A stretch of 64,000 bases of DNA, taken from IMG/VR virus record IMGVR_UViG_3300012156_000141. The stretch is one strand, 5' to 3'. The stretch comes from a virus. The number at the start of each line of letters is the position of its first letter. Within the stretch, counting starts at the first letter, position 1. Of this stretch, positions 10,701-21,828 are shown piece after piece. The position numbers and the translations under genes are program-made. The notes beneath the pieces were generated by a model, which saw only the letters and a list, made by a program, of their open reading frames with translations, had not been told where the DNA came from and searched no databases.

Positions 10701-12267
10701 TAATAATCAGGAAGCTTTAGCTATATTTGAAGCAATTACTTCAAGAATATCTGATTCTGCTGAAAAGGAGTTTTATTTAATAGGTAAGGATTATTCACCT
10801 AAGAATATGAACCCAGGCACGGTTATGGTGGTATACAATTTGATTAACTACAGCAACGAAGTGGTTGATACATTTGATTTAAATGGAACAACTTACTACG
10901 TTTCAAAAATCTATATTACCAGAACATGGGAAGAAGCAAATTGTGTTCATGACTGGTATGTCAGTCGAAGAACAGTAGGTGGTTGCTTGATAAACGGAAG
11001 TGAAACATTGACATGCTCTAAATGTGGAAAATCAGTAACAACAGTATTGCCAGCAATTGGTCATATTGACCTTAATCATGATTCCATTTGTGATGAGTGC
11101 GGACTTCGTGCCTTTAGTCAGATTCTCGGTGACGAAATCTTAGTTGATTTTGACTCTGTTTCAGGACAGTATAAGAATACTTACACTTTTGTTTGTGTAG
11201 ACGATAACTATCAAAATACTGGTAAAATGTTATATTTATGTGAAGAGGATATTCCTTCCGCAATATATGGTGAATATTCTAGAAATAGCCAAGTCAGATT
11301 TGAGGATTCATCATTAAGAACATATTTAAATGATATCTTTGCTGATGGCTTAAGTGTAAAGCCAGCTCTGCAGACAATAGGCCAAGATAGAGTTTCTATT
11401 CTTTCAAAAGAAGAAGTTGATGCCTATAAAGCTACAGCAGAAAATAACTATATATTCCCGACCGGTCAGTATCTAACTAAAACAGTAAGCAATGAAAAAA
11501 TCATATTATCTGATGGAAATGAAATTTTAGTAGAAGATGCTATGGACTATTCAGTAAGACCGGTAATTCTTATGGATAGTCCTGTGGAAGAAACACCTTC
11601 TTATGTATGGCAGATTGGTGATGTTCAAGCCAGAGAAATTGGTGGAGAGATTTATTTATTCCGTTGTGTTAGTGAATCATACAAAGATAAAACAAACACA
11701 TCAAAGAAAATGGCACTATTCATCTGTGATGAAATAATTCCAGCCAATATCATTGATGATAGTTCTACTGATACAATTGAGACTATGTTCTTTGGAAATA
11801 CTAACAATTATAAATATTCAACTATAAAATTATGGTTAGATGAAAATGCAACGGATAAGCTGTTTGATACAATGACTGTTAATGTTGGAATTGATACAGC
11901 ATATACAGGTTCTACACAGGTGAATGGATTTTCTAATCTTAATGAGAGACTGATGAGTAAGTATAATTTGTCTACAACCCAGTATATTGAATCAAAACTA
12001 TTTGTTCCATCCGTAGAAGAAGCAATTCAGATAAAAGATTATTTGTGGAAATTTGGTGAAACCGATTCTGATAATCCTGATGAACAAAAGAAACCTTTCT
12101 GTTATTCTTATTGGTTAAGAACGCCAGAATATAACACTACAGATAAAATATATGTAGTTAACCTGGAAACTGGAAAAATAGAGTCAAAAGATGTAAATAG
12201 CACAAGTGGAAATACTTATAGCGAAACAGGTATTAGACCAGCATTTATAATGACTCAGTTTGAATAA
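7705..12267 (+). CDS. Large surface protein: signal peptide, cell-wall-binding repeats, poly-Gly linker, MucBP-like repeats, C-terminal DUF6273-like domains
   Basis: WYYL..DGKMQTGW repeats and TPDGYTVDANGAW; repeated YTVxYxD...IxGY units; C-terminal YWLRTP...GIRPAF. Confidence 0.85.
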   Translation: MRKKIYPAVLATTLSITMTMQSLAAGWVKSDDNWYLMDDANNKVLNSWYQDTDGEWYYLADDGKMQTGWKLDPVGNLFYLNPTEGEPMGSMTVGWKLINNVWYFFNTIHDGTYGKVLTGWQWIDGYCYHFSDNGTMSCNTITPDGYTVDANGAWVDNGQVVYVSGKGIITKVSSNPTTSKSSSGGGGGGGGGGGGGGSSSISSKNYSYTVNCIDKESDEILGSYQLLAKKNSTITLNYTFENYKLVPGQSTTVSVSGNNMIFNLYYEKNIKIPEEEFYSYTVIYKDIDTDDVLEVGTFKGEKDDEIDIDYPHIEGYEMCDNQPDSFVLDQNNKQIVVYYQTVLVNEEYSFTIQYLDKDDNLLGEKNGIVIANSDITIDFPRFDGYEVESGQRKTYTVFEYGMVISIYYTRKDNTGTASPSNPDKAKYTYIINCYDFESDELIGYYTDEAEAGDTINVDYTIPGYTACESYSFEIDEDNVSFDIYYTKDEIVKQYSYFIYQIDIDTKERIGVLELKGAIGEELELAELDIDNYEILGNPPEIVKISSVESNNEIKLYYKKIVANEPVKKEVNFTVEYVDVSNHETHILNDITGTGTVGDEIPIYFTEKINTPDGKQWESVGSSPRMFELIDTDYNIFTIEYRNTNTIPEIADTVMKYSIKYVTDDTGATLGISTGFGIVGSKVSFRNNFSTTEYGIADSTVTKLTISEKEDENDIEVLYKRISQPGPEKDPITGEYIGSNWTVVFVDNQGNHLMESVNGFSLKGTQLIIDYPNEIEIDGETYRAKNSSPYREIQAGTVYKQIAIEYTIGDDASDKLAQWQQTAQEAKDKITGATPLSFIVSYKEKNSWNDIGLRFGMGTEDSMITIPIPDITDYIPPTEKVESFKLTEEGMEKIVYYTRNTNGTSVQDIKSSYSVYLQDEGGNDLFASYSGYAASETDESVTKVPVYYPNTFVDKEGNIWEADNPSPTTIMVDTLSQNNNTNIITYHQTFNNPKEDMIVTNNQEALAIFEAITSRISDSAEKEFYLIGKDYSPKNMNPGTVMVVYNLINYSNEVVDTFDLNGTTYYVSKIYITRTWEEANCVHDWYVSRRTVGGCLINGSETLTCSKCGKSVTTVLPAIGHIDLNHDSICDECGLRAFSQILGDEILVDFDSVSGQYKNTYTFVCVDDNYQNTGKMLYLCEEDIPSAIYGEYSRNSQVRFEDSSLRTYLNDIFADGLSVKPALQTIGQDRVSILSKEEVDAYKATAENNYIFPTGQYLTKTVSNEKIILSDGNEILVEDAMDYSVRPVILMDSPVEETPSYVWQIGDVQAREIGGEIYLFRCVSESYKDKTNTSKKMALFICDEIIPANIIDDSSTDTIETMFFGNTNNYKYSTIKLWLDENATDKLFDTMTVNVGIDTAYTGSTQVNGFSNLNERLMSKYNLSTTQYIESKLFVPSVEEAIQIKDYLWKFGETDSDNPDEQKKPFCYSYWLRTPEYNTTDKIYVVNLETGKIESKDVNSTSGNTYSETGIRPAFIMTQFE

Positions 12268-12399
12268 AAAAACATAAAATAGAAGAGGCACGATTTTGTG
12301 CTTCTTTTTTAATAAAATAAAGAAAAAATGTTTTTTTTAAATCTTTTCATTCATACTACTTTAGAAGAATTCAATTAATTATAAAAATAGGAGGCAATA

Positions 12400-15300
12400 A
12401 TGAAAAAGAAACAAAAATTAAACAGTTGTCTTGTTTTTGCACTTAGCTCAAGTATGGCATTTACTTCAGTAGCAGCTCCACTAATTCCAGAAACTACTGT
12501 GAGCACTGAATTAATGACAGATACAGAAGCTGAGACAAGGACACAAAATTCAAACATAGCATCTTCTTCAAATGCTGTAAAAAATGACGAGGATATCTTA
12601 ACTGATAAGGTATTATTCTCAGAAGAGGAGTATCCAGAGTTTGCAACAGAAGAGTTTTGGGATTGGTATAAAAATGCGTCATATGAGGAAAAAGAAGATT
12701 GGTTTTTGGTTGTGTCTTCTGAAACAGCTTCATCATCAAATGCAAAAGTATCATATCCTAAGTTCGATTTGACATCAGATGAATTTTTTGCTTGGTATTT
12801 AGAGCACTGTATGCTAGAGACTGATGAAGATTCTACTGAAATTACATTAGACTATGATCAGATATATGAGTATGTTCAAAATATGGATTTAGAATCTGCA
12901 ATTGGTTTGGTGGACTTTGTTTATAATAGCTTGAATGTTCGGATTATGAAATTTAGTGCTATTGGAAATATGTGGCCAGAGACATATGGCGCTTCAGCAG
13001 ATTTTACGAGCCATGGTAATGGTACGGAAGAAAATCCATATATTATAGACAGTGTAGCTGATTTGAGAGGATTAGCTGTATATGTTGCAAATGGACAGGA
13101 TAGTTCTGATACATATTACAGAATTGAGTCAGGTACCTATGATTTAAATGGTTGCTGGATCCCAATCGGATTTCCGTTAAATGATGGTGGAAATTATACT
13201 GCATTTAAAGGCCATTTAACAGCAGAAGCTGGTGCTGAAATTATTAACTTTGGAATTGGTACTAACAGCACTTTGGGCGTTGATGGAACTGTTGTAAATC
13301 GTATTAAGGCACAAGAAAATGTAGGTTTCTTTGGCTACCTTGGTGCTGACTCTTCTGTTGAATTCTTGGAAGTTGAAACAGATGGAAATACAATTGAAGG
13401 TACAACTAATGTTGGTATCTTAGCCGGAAAAGCCACAGATGCAAGCATTAAAAATTGTACTGTAAGAGGCTATGTAAAAGGCAATCGCAATGTTGGTGGT
13501 ATTGTAGGTTACATTGAATCATCAGCATCAGCTGCAAGTGTAAGAGATTCTATAATTGAAGATTGTAATGCGGAAGATGTAGCTGTTTACAGCATTGTTA
13601 GTGATGGTGGAAAAGGTGGTGTGGGCGGAATTGCTGGCTATGCTAAAAATACAGTAATTGCTGATGTTTTTGTAAGTACAAATACTGGTTCTGGAAGACA
13701 TATCTATGGAAATAGTAATACATATACTGGTGGTATCGTTGGTATCCAGAAAAATTCCGATATTTACAATTCTTATATGAAGAAAGGTGAAATTGGTGAT
13801 TCAGCGGCTTATGCTAATGGTGGAATTGTTGGAGGCTATGATGGTGGAGAAATTAAAGTTGCTAGATTCTCTGGCACTGTAAATAGACCATCAAGTACAA
13901 ATAACTATTCCGCTTGCTTCATTGGAACACGAATTAACAATGCAGGATTTACATATGGTGAAAATGGCAACATTGCTTATTTGTTTGCAGATAGTGAAAC
14001 AAAAGCCAATACAGGAATCTGTGGGTCTAAAATTTTAGATGACAACAATTATGGTTTAGATGCTAAGATCGGATACTGGCATTCCAGTGATCGAAAATAC
14101 ACCTTAGTTACAGGAGCCAACACTTCTCCATCTGATAATTATTTTTATCAGGAATTGGAAAAGGGTATCTTAACTATAATGAAAAATGGTAATGATGCTG
14201 ATATCATTATTAATCATTTCACTGCTGATAATCAGGGAAACCCTGTTAGAGGTTACTTGTTAACTATTGATGAACCAAGAGTAAATGGAACAATTGCTGC
14301 AAAAATCACAGCACAAATTCAGGGAAGTTATAAACCAGTAGTTACTGCTGAAAATCTAGGTGCATATCAGGCTGATGATAGAGTGTATGTTTCATTCGTC
14401 AATCAATCAAATGGCAATGTTCAGTTTAGGCTAGACCCTGATAAGACTCCCAACCCATACTATACCTATCAGGAGTTTGGAGAGTTTGGCTATGTAAACG
14501 ATGAAGAGGATGGCCTTTATACTGATGGCGGTTACTGGTTGACAATGCCAGAATCAGATACTGTTATTAGCGCTCATTACAAAGCAGCGGCAAAGTCCGT
14601 TACTCTTAACCCGTCAAAAGTTACTTTGGAAGTGACTCAGGAAAGAAGTGGTAATAGAGATAATGCAACTGTAAAATGGTTCGCTACCGCAAAAGATGAT
14701 AATGGCAGCATTATAACTGATGGTAATGGAAATGTTTGGAACAAACTGGAATTGAAGACAGATAACAGTAATCCAGAGTTTTACATTGATTCTTTAATCA
14801 ATGGACAGACTAATGATACCTTTAATTTAGTCTGGAGCACAGATAATACAAATAGTTCTAAAGTTATTAATAATACTGTAAGTTTAAATGGAAATGCCGC
14901 TGATAAGAAGTCTAAGTTTTCTATCAATGTCTCTGACTCTGCAATGGTTAATAAGACCAATGAATTAAGAGCAGAACAGAGTGCGAATGGAAACAGGGAT
15001 TCTATTACAACAAATAGCCCTTATCGTTATCATGCCCTAATTACCGGAATTGCTCAATCAGGAGATGGAATTGATGCAAACGATCCACCAAAAGGTTATT
15101 TGGATATTGATATTAAATTCAATATTGTAGATAATACAAATGTTTCTGTAGACGGTGTATCCTTATCAAAGAATATTGTAACTTACAATATTGTTAGAAC
15201 ATTAAGCGGAGATAGAGCCAATCCAAATGTTGAGTATACTGTTAATGGAGAGGCCGCAGGCTCAGATAACACAATTTCTGCATTAACTGCAACATTCAAT

Positions 15301-18300
15301 CCAGACTACTTTGATAATAACAAAGTTAAATGGTATTTGTCAACGCCAGGTGTTAATGATGTATTCTCTGATATTCAACATGTTGCTGTAGAAAATGATG
15401 AAGATACCGTTGATGATGGAACTATTAATGTTGCTGTATCTGGTACTGGAAGTAAAGCTTACTACAACGCTTCAGTTACCTTAAAAGGTATTACTTCAAC
15501 TGACTGTACAAATGCTACATTAGCTCCAATTGTAAACGATCAGAATGCTACATATACCAGAGAATTAAAAGCAGTACCAAGTACGGTAACTACTTATGAA
15601 AAATATGTAAAAGTATCAGCTCATGATACTAACACAAATACTGTAACAGACACATGTAAGGTTGTTGTTAACTTCCATACCGAAGATAAGACTGAAATCA
15701 TGCCAACAAGTGTAAAAATCAATAATGCATCAAATATTGGTAGTTATAAGATTTATTATACATTTGAGAGCAATAAAGACTCTACAGTAACCAGTCGTGT
15801 TATCACAAGAGAAAATGATGCTTCTGTAACTCCATTAGTAAATGGCGTAGGTCAGCAATTAACTGCAACAGTTTCACCAACAAAGGACTCAGCCAGACCA
15901 GAATATCAACCATATGAAGATACGGTTACTTGGTCATTAGCTAATCCAAATGCTGGCTCTGGTTCTAACTTAAACGTTAATGATGTTTTAGCCATTGACC
16001 CAACTACTGGCCAGATTACAATAAGAGGATTTAATGGTTCTACAGATCAGATTGACCTTGGATATTCTCCCTGGATTCAGAGCTTGATTTCTGCAAATAA
16101 GTTAGATGGTACAACAGTTCCTGTTCGTATTGTTGCAACTTCAGACAGAGACGGTAGTCTTGTAGATTACAAAGATATTAATGTTACTTTTGTTGGTTCG
16201 GCAATAGATTCAACCGTTGCTAGTGGATTAACCTTTGATGCAGTATTGACTAAAAATGTTGGAACTAGTCTATCTGACACTGGAATTACAGAGTTTGAGA
16301 CATGGTCTGGTACTGACGGAAAAGCTATTGATGCAACGATAACTGGTACTGACGAAATTCCTCAGTTCGTAATTTATGATGAAGATGGCGTTAATGTAAG
16401 TACAGGAATTGCAAGCATTGGAGATTCAATGGCAAGAAGTGTTGCTGCAAATAAATATGTAAATATCAACAAAGAGGCTGATTGGATCAAAGCAGTAATT
16501 AACAGCAGAGCTTCTGGCAACAAAGATACACAAAAACTTATTGTAAAAGCAAAAACAGCAAATGGAACTTCTGTAAAAGAAATTCCGGTAACTGTGAACT
16601 TCCGTTACGATGGTGTGGATTTATCCGCTAATACTATTTCAGAGATGCCAAGTGGTTACACCGCTTCTCCAGAAGTAATCAGCTCAAACACACCAAATGA
16701 AACTTACGATGTTTCCAAAGCTTCAGTAAAAGATAGAACTGTATTATTAGATGTCATTTCAACACAAGGAAATTATTCAATCAATAATCCAGAAACCAGA
16801 AAATGGTCATTTGGTATTGTGGATTTGAATGATACCACATATACAAAAGATGGTGTAAAGACAAATGATGCTACCTATGAACTATCTGGAGATATTGCCA
16901 AGTACGCAAAGGTAGATTCCCATGGTTATCTTGTTCCAACAAAGGGCTATTGGGAAGATGTAATCAGCGCTGGCAATGTTAAGGGTAGTGTGAGTGGTGT
17001 TGTAACAGCGAAAAAAGATGTTGATGGCAAATTGATGACTGATAGCTACAAAGTAATAATCAATTTCCGTTATGATAAAGCGGTCCTTGAATCTCATGAG
17101 GAGACCTTTGATTTGTCTTGTGTGCAGAAAACATTAACAAATGGATCACAGGAAACATGGTCAGGAAATGAAAAAGTGAAACTAATTGCACACATTTACG
17201 ATGAAAGCGGAAAAGATGTTACTCCTGTATGGGAGAGCTCAGACCCAAGAATTGTAACTGTAGATGCTGATGGAAATGTAACTGTAAATAAAAATACCTG
17301 GATGAGAGAAGTAATTGAATCTGCAAAGGTTTATGGAAATAAGACTCATACTGGAACAAAAGAAGTTGTCATTACAGCAAAACATCCTGTAACTGGAGCA
17401 ACTGCCGATAGCTGTAAGATTACTGTAAACTTCAACTACGAAAACATAGTGCTTTCAGAGCATAACAAGGTTTTGGACGTGACCTTAACTGCAACCGGTT
17501 CAAAATCTAATCCCAAATATACTTGGGAAGGAAATTCGGTTGACTTAGATGCTATGTTACATTCTATGAACCCAATGGAGAAAAAAGTAGTGTACTCTGC
17601 TTTGAACAACATTTTGCTTGTAGATGAAAATGGTGTAGTCACTGTAAATCCAGATAGTGAATGGGTTAATGCTATTAAGACAAATAGTCCATATACTGGA
17701 ACAACAACGTCAATTATCCAGGCCAACAGTGAGGATGGAAGAGTTAGTGACCAGTGTAACTTTACAATCAATCTGACATATGTCAATAAAACTACCAGTG
17801 GCGGAAGCAGCGGTGGCGGTGGCGGCGGTGGTGGTTCCACCGGCGTAACAACATCAGGTAGCAAGACTCAAAGCACGGTATTACCCAGCTATGTAGTTTC
17901 TGGTCAATGGACACAGGCTGCAAATGGTAAATGGTTGTTTACTGCAGGCAGGACCTATGCAAATGAATGGGCTGCTGTATCAAACCCTTATGCTGATGCT
18001 TCAATCGGACAGAGTGACTTTGACTGGTTCCGCTTTGACGAAGATGGCTTCATGGTAACTGGATGGTATATTGATCAAGCAGGAGATACTTACTTCTTAC
18101 ATGATGTTTCTGATAACACATTGGGTCGTATGTATACTGGATGGCATTGGATTAAAGGTGCTGATGGACAGGAGAGATGTTACTACTTCAATCCTAACTC
18201 TGATGGTTTTAGAGGAAGAGTACTGAAGAATACAACTACTCCAGACGGATACGCTGTAGATGCCAATGGCGCTTGGACAATTAATGGAGTTGCTGTTGTT

Positions 18301-18306
18301 AGATAA
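12400..18306 (+). CDS. Large surface protein with GLUG-like beta-helix region, Ig-like domains and C-terminal cell-wall-binding repeats
   Basis: Signal peptide; GNGTEENPYII and repeated VGGIVG; WESSDPRIVTVDADG Ig-like motif; poly-Gly then WFRFDEDGFMVTGW...TTTPDGYAVDANGAW. Confidence 0.85.
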   Translation: MKKKQKLNSCLVFALSSSMAFTSVAAPLIPETTVSTELMTDTEAETRTQNSNIASSSNAVKNDEDILTDKVLFSEEEYPEFATEEFWDWYKNASYEEKEDWFLVVSSETASSSNAKVSYPKFDLTSDEFFAWYLEHCMLETDEDSTEITLDYDQIYEYVQNMDLESAIGLVDFVYNSLNVRIMKFSAIGNMWPETYGASADFTSHGNGTEENPYIIDSVADLRGLAVYVANGQDSSDTYYRIESGTYDLNGCWIPIGFPLNDGGNYTAFKGHLTAEAGAEIINFGIGTNSTLGVDGTVVNRIKAQENVGFFGYLGADSSVEFLEVETDGNTIEGTTNVGILAGKATDASIKNCTVRGYVKGNRNVGGIVGYIESSASAASVRDSIIEDCNAEDVAVYSIVSDGGKGGVGGIAGYAKNTVIADVFVSTNTGSGRHIYGNSNTYTGGIVGIQKNSDIYNSYMKKGEIGDSAAYANGGIVGGYDGGEIKVARFSGTVNRPSSTNNYSACFIGTRINNAGFTYGENGNIAYLFADSETKANTGICGSKILDDNNYGLDAKIGYWHSSDRKYTLVTGANTSPSDNYFYQELEKGILTIMKNGNDADIIINHFTADNQGNPVRGYLLTIDEPRVNGTIAAKITAQIQGSYKPVVTAENLGAYQADDRVYVSFVNQSNGNVQFRLDPDKTPNPYYTYQEFGEFGYVNDEEDGLYTDGGYWLTMPESDTVISAHYKAAAKSVTLNPSKVTLEVTQERSGNRDNATVKWFATAKDDNGSIITDGNGNVWNKLELKTDNSNPEFYIDSLINGQTNDTFNLVWSTDNTNSSKVINNTVSLNGNAADKKSKFSINVSDSAMVNKTNELRAEQSANGNRDSITTNSPYRYHALITGIAQSGDGIDANDPPKGYLDIDIKFNIVDNTNVSVDGVSLSKNIVTYNIVRTLSGDRANPNVEYTVNGEAAGSDNTISALTATFNPDYFDNNKVKWYLSTPGVNDVFSDIQHVAVENDEDTVDDGTINVAVSGTGSKAYYNASVTLKGITSTDCTNATLAPIVNDQNATYTRELKAVPSTVTTYEKYVKVSAHDTNTNTVTDTCKVVVNFHTEDKTEIMPTSVKINNASNIGSYKIYYTFESNKDSTVTSRVITRENDASVTPLVNGVGQQLTATVSPTKDSARPEYQPYEDTVTWSLANPNAGSGSNLNVNDVLAIDPTTGQITIRGFNGSTDQIDLGYSPWIQSLISANKLDGTTVPVRIVATSDRDGSLVDYKDINVTFVGSAIDSTVASGLTFDAVLTKNVGTSLSDTGITEFETWSGTDGKAIDATITGTDEIPQFVIYDEDGVNVSTGIASIGDSMARSVAANKYVNINKEADWIKAVINSRASGNKDTQKLIVKAKTANGTSVKEIPVTVNFRYDGVDLSANTISEMPSGYTASPEVISSNTPNETYDVSKASVKDRTVLLDVISTQGNYSINNPETRKWSFGIVDLNDTTYTKDGVKTNDATYELSGDIAKYAKVDSHGYLVPTKGYWEDVISAGNVKGSVSGVVTAKKDVDGKLMTDSYKVIINFRYDKAVLESHEETFDLSCVQKTLTNGSQETWSGNEKVKLIAHIYDESGKDVTPVWESSDPRIVTVDADGNVTVNKNTWMREVIESAKVYGNKTHTGTKEVVITAKHPVTGATADSCKITVNFNYENIVLSEHNKVLDVTLTATGSKSNPKYTWEGNSVDLDAMLHSMNPMEKKVVYSALNNILLVDENGVVTVNPDSEWVNAIKTNSPYTGTTTSIIQANSEDGRVSDQCNFTINLTYVNKTTSGGSSGGGGGGGGSTGVTTSGSKTQSTVLPSYVVSGQWTQAANGKWLFTAGRTYANEWAAVSNPYADASIGQSDFDWFRFDEDGFMVTGWYIDQAGDTYFLHDVSDNTLGRMYTGWHWIKGADGQERCYYFNPNSDGFRGRVLKNTTTPDGYAVDANGAWTINGVAVVR

Positions 18307-18412
18307 TCAAACATAAATTAATTGGAAAGAGAGGCTTCGGCCTCTTTTTTGTTGAGAAATAATCAAAACCATTATATAATTAATAAATAAAACTATGGAG
18401 GGAGAATAGAAG

Positions 18413-19099
18413 ATGACAAATTTAGAAAAGATTAAAGATATTGCACTTACTTTTTCACATCTGGAAATTAAAAAAACGGATATTGAATTTATTGTGTTGC
18501 ACCCATTTACTGAATATGTTTTTGCTAATGTGCCCAATCAAGGAATGATAAATATCTTAGAGAATGACGAAAACCATGAAAAGTTCATGGGAATTTGCAG
18601 AGCAAGAATTGCAAGGGCTGATTCATATTTATGTTTTTCATCCATTATCACGAAACCTTACCGTTCAGCATTTTTTAAGTATACCAATCAATACGCTTCA
18701 GATAAGGACGCTGCCGAGTTTTTAAAAGATTTTTGGATAAGTACAGAGACTGTTAATGTTGATGCGAATATATCCAGGTTACAGTATGTGAAATATTTCA
18801 AAAAATATGATAAGGAATTTCTAATGACAAAAGAAGAACTGGATGTCTATAATGCCCTTGAAGATGAAATCATTATTTACAGAGGTATTAATAATTCCTC
18901 GAATCATCCAATTGATGGGATGTGTTGGACTCCTAATATTTCTATTGCTGAATTTTTTGCAGAACGTTTTGATAAAGGTGGCACAATCTACAAAGCAACA
19001 ATAGATAAAGATTATATATTGGCATATTTTGAACATGAAAAGGAGACTGTAGTGGATTTTCGTAAATTAAAAAGCATAAGTAAATACAAAGAATATTAA
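18413..19099 (+). CDS. Hypothetical protein, possible ADP-ribosyltransferase-like C-terminal domain
   Basis: IIYRG ... GMCWT ... AEFFA ... EKE resembles the R-S-E motif order of ART folds. Confidence 0.6.
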   Translation: MTNLEKIKDIALTFSHLEIKKTDIEFIVLHPFTEYVFANVPNQGMINILENDENHEKFMGICRARIARADSYLCFSSIITKPYRSAFFKYTNQYASDKDAAEFLKDFWISTETVNVDANISRLQYVKYFKKYDKEFLMTKEELDVYNALEDEIIIYRGINNSSNHPIDGMCWTPNISIAEFFAERFDKGGTIYKATIDKDYILAYFEHEKETVVDFRKLKSISKYKEY

Positions 19100-19180
19100 T
19101 TATTAAAAAAGCTTTCAGTAGAAAGCTTTTTTTGTGCAAAACAAATGATTCCTATCATTATAAAGGGTGGGAGGATATTT

Positions 19181-20659
19181 ATGATAAAGATAAAACGGTT
19201 AAAACATAAAACAAATCTCATTTGTTTTGTAGGATTATTAATCTTTGGTTTAACAATTCTTGCTTCTGCAGCAACCAATAATACTATAAATAATAACAAG
19301 TTAGGGATAGAAAGCATTACATCACCATCCAATTCCAAAAAAATGACAGAAATAATTGTGACTCCAAGTAATGTGCAAACATAAAAGTTTCCCTATACTG
19401 GTTTCAAAACAGATGAGTTTGGAAAAATGTACTACATAGATGATACACAAGTAATTAATTCTTTTGCAGTGATTTTTGAGAAACTATATCGTTTTGATGA
19501 TAATGGATACATGTTTATTGGCTGGTTTTATGATGAATTCGCTGAAAGATGGTATTATTTTAGCCAAGACGGATCTGAAAAAGATGGATGGATCTATGAT
19601 GAATCTAATTGGTATTATTTGAATGCTGGTAACTATCTAATCGGATGGTCTGAAATTGAATCAGAAGATGAGGTAGCGTATTGGTTTTGTTTTGATGAAA
19701 ATGGAGTATTGTATACAGACTGTGAGACACCTGATGGGTACCTGGTAAATGAAGATGGTGTTTATATAGGTGATAAAGAAGTGATTGGTTATATGGACAA
19801 AGGCTTTGGATGGAGTAGAGAGCCAAATGCAGAGCCAGGGCAATTGAGTGGACTGACAATTTCTGGACAGCCGACTGAATTCTATATGTTATGCATCGCC
19901 GGCGAGACATCCGGACTTTCTAATCTAGAAGCCGTAAAAAATGGTGATCGTGGTTGTGCTTATGGTGCTTGTCAATTAGACTATCGCTACGATCTGGTCG
20001 ATTATATGAACTTTGCATATAAAAAACATCCTAAATTATGGTCGGCATTTGAATCATATCTTGATTTGGAAATAGGATGTTTGACTCTAAAGGGCAATAA
20101 CAATATTGGCAAGGCTTTTGTTGATGCAACGTCTGTGGATTTTGAGACAGCAATATCTGATCAGTTGGAATTTATGACAATGACTTACTGGGATGACTGT
20201 AAAAACAAGCTAAATGCCTCTGGCTTTGACTTAGATAATAGACATGTTGCGGTATCAGCTGCACTTTTCTCTGTTAATGTAATCTGTGTTTCTCAACCTA
20301 ATATATTTATCAATCACTTATCAAGTGATATGACTGATGAGGAAATGATTCGAGAAATATATAGACTTAGAAATACTGTATTTGCTCAACAAAGGACGGG
20401 TAAAGCAGTGAAAGGTACAACAAAAAGATATAGGATAGCAGAACCTCAACTGGCTCTGGATCTATTATATGGTCATGTAACGATTGATTCAGATATTAAC
20501 TATGGTGGTGGCGTGGAATGGCATGGTAATCCTTTTGCTAATAATGTATCAACATTAACTCAAAGTAATAGAGTTCTATATTTAGAAGAAACATATGAGG
20601 ATATTTCATTAGCTACAGATTCAGATGCAGAAACTAAAATAGAAAATGTCATTGAGTAA
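19181..20659 (+). pseudogene. Secreted cell-wall-binding protein with lysozyme-like C-terminal domain, interrupted by an in-frame TAA at 19382-19384
   Basis: ORFs 19145..19384 and 19427..20659 share a frame and the gap reads KFPYTGFKTDEFGK; signal peptide after GGAGG RBS at 19181; WYYF repeats; GETSG...AYGACQ hydrolase-like motif. Confidence 0.75.
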
Positions 20660-21179
20660 GTTGATACAGATAGTAAAAAGAAAATTGGATGTGATGAAAA
20701 TGAAAGTAATCAATACTGTGGTTGAAAAATTGTGTAGCTTGCAGGAAAAACGGTTTTCTTATCTTCTGTATCGAATTTAAAGAGGTAATTGCGTTTATGG
20801 GTGTTATGTATTACTTGTTTGCATCGGGCTTTGATTTAAATGAATTGTTGGGCATATGGAACCAGCAACAAGGTTTTCTTTTAGGTAGGTGTAGCGTAAT
20901 TCTTATTATCTTTAAATAAATTTCAGATGTTAAATCCTTATTCAATGTCGTACAGATTTGCTTATTTCTATTTTTATTTTGGATGATTAATAATAGAAAA
21001 GGATGTGATAAACACCTTTTTTATTTGCTTAGTTGAAATTAGAAAGATCCCGATGATTTTTTTATTATACTAATTGTCAACAAAATTTATAACACACGGC
21101 TTGTACATTGAGTTGAAATTAATCTTAGGAATTTTCTCACATACTGTTTTATAAAATAACAGATGATGGAGGATTACAT

Positions 21180-21668
21180 ATGTATTATAAAATTTTAGAT
21201 AAGAGTATGAAGCATTATAATATGCAGTATAAGGAAGGTTTGAATGTCGATATAGAACCTTTTGATCCGAGTCCTAAGCGTGGATGCGGCCTATTCTTTT
21301 CGGACGAGAAGAATATTTTAAGTTTTTGTGGCCATGGTGATTTGATTGCAGAAGTGACAGTTCCGGAAGGTGAGGTTATTGTTCCGGTAGGAAATAAATA
21401 TAAGGCCAACAAAATCATTTTATCAAATATTCGCAATTTGTGGGATGTTGAAGTGTTTAAGGTAATTGTTAGACAGGGAGCCGATATTCATGCAGACGAT
21501 GATTTGGCTTTACAATGGGCCGCAGAAAATGGTCACTTAGAAGTCGTCAAATACTTAGTAGATCAAGGAACTGATATTCATGCAGATAGTGATCATGCTT
21601 TGCAATTGGCAGCGGAGAATGGACATATGGAAGTCGTTGAATATTTGGAGAATCAAGTCAGAAAATAA
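21180..21668 (+). CDS. Ankyrin-repeat protein (2 repeats), paralog of 1..746
   Basis: Near-identical N-terminal domain; GADIHADDDLALQWAAENGHLEVVKYLV. Confidence 0.92.
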   Translation: MYYKILDKSMKHYNMQYKEGLNVDIEPFDPSPKRGCGLFFSDEKNILSFCGHGDLIAEVTVPEGEVIVPVGNKYKANKIILSNIRNLWDVEVFKVIVRQGADIHADDDLALQWAAENGHLEVVKYLVDQGTDIHADSDHALQLAAENGHMEVVEYLENQVRK

Positions 21669-21828
21669 AAAATAAGAAAAGAGTCCAAGACTCTTTTTTA
21701 CAATAATTACATAATGTATCACACAGTAAAAATAAAGATTTTTACTTAAATTACAATGAAGGTTCATCATTAATCATAGCTAATCAAAGTTTCCAAAACT
21801 GACATATTAGAAGCAAGGAGGGATTTAA

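Noticed and set aside
12100-12267. Diversity-generating retroelement acting on the lectin-like C terminus or the ankyrin copies
   Set aside because: No reverse transcriptase and no template repeat seen; differences between ankyrin copies are not restricted to adenines.
20660-20940. Short ORFs including 20722..20919
   Set aside because: Fragmented frames with weak starts; possibly a decayed membrane-protein gene but not supportable.
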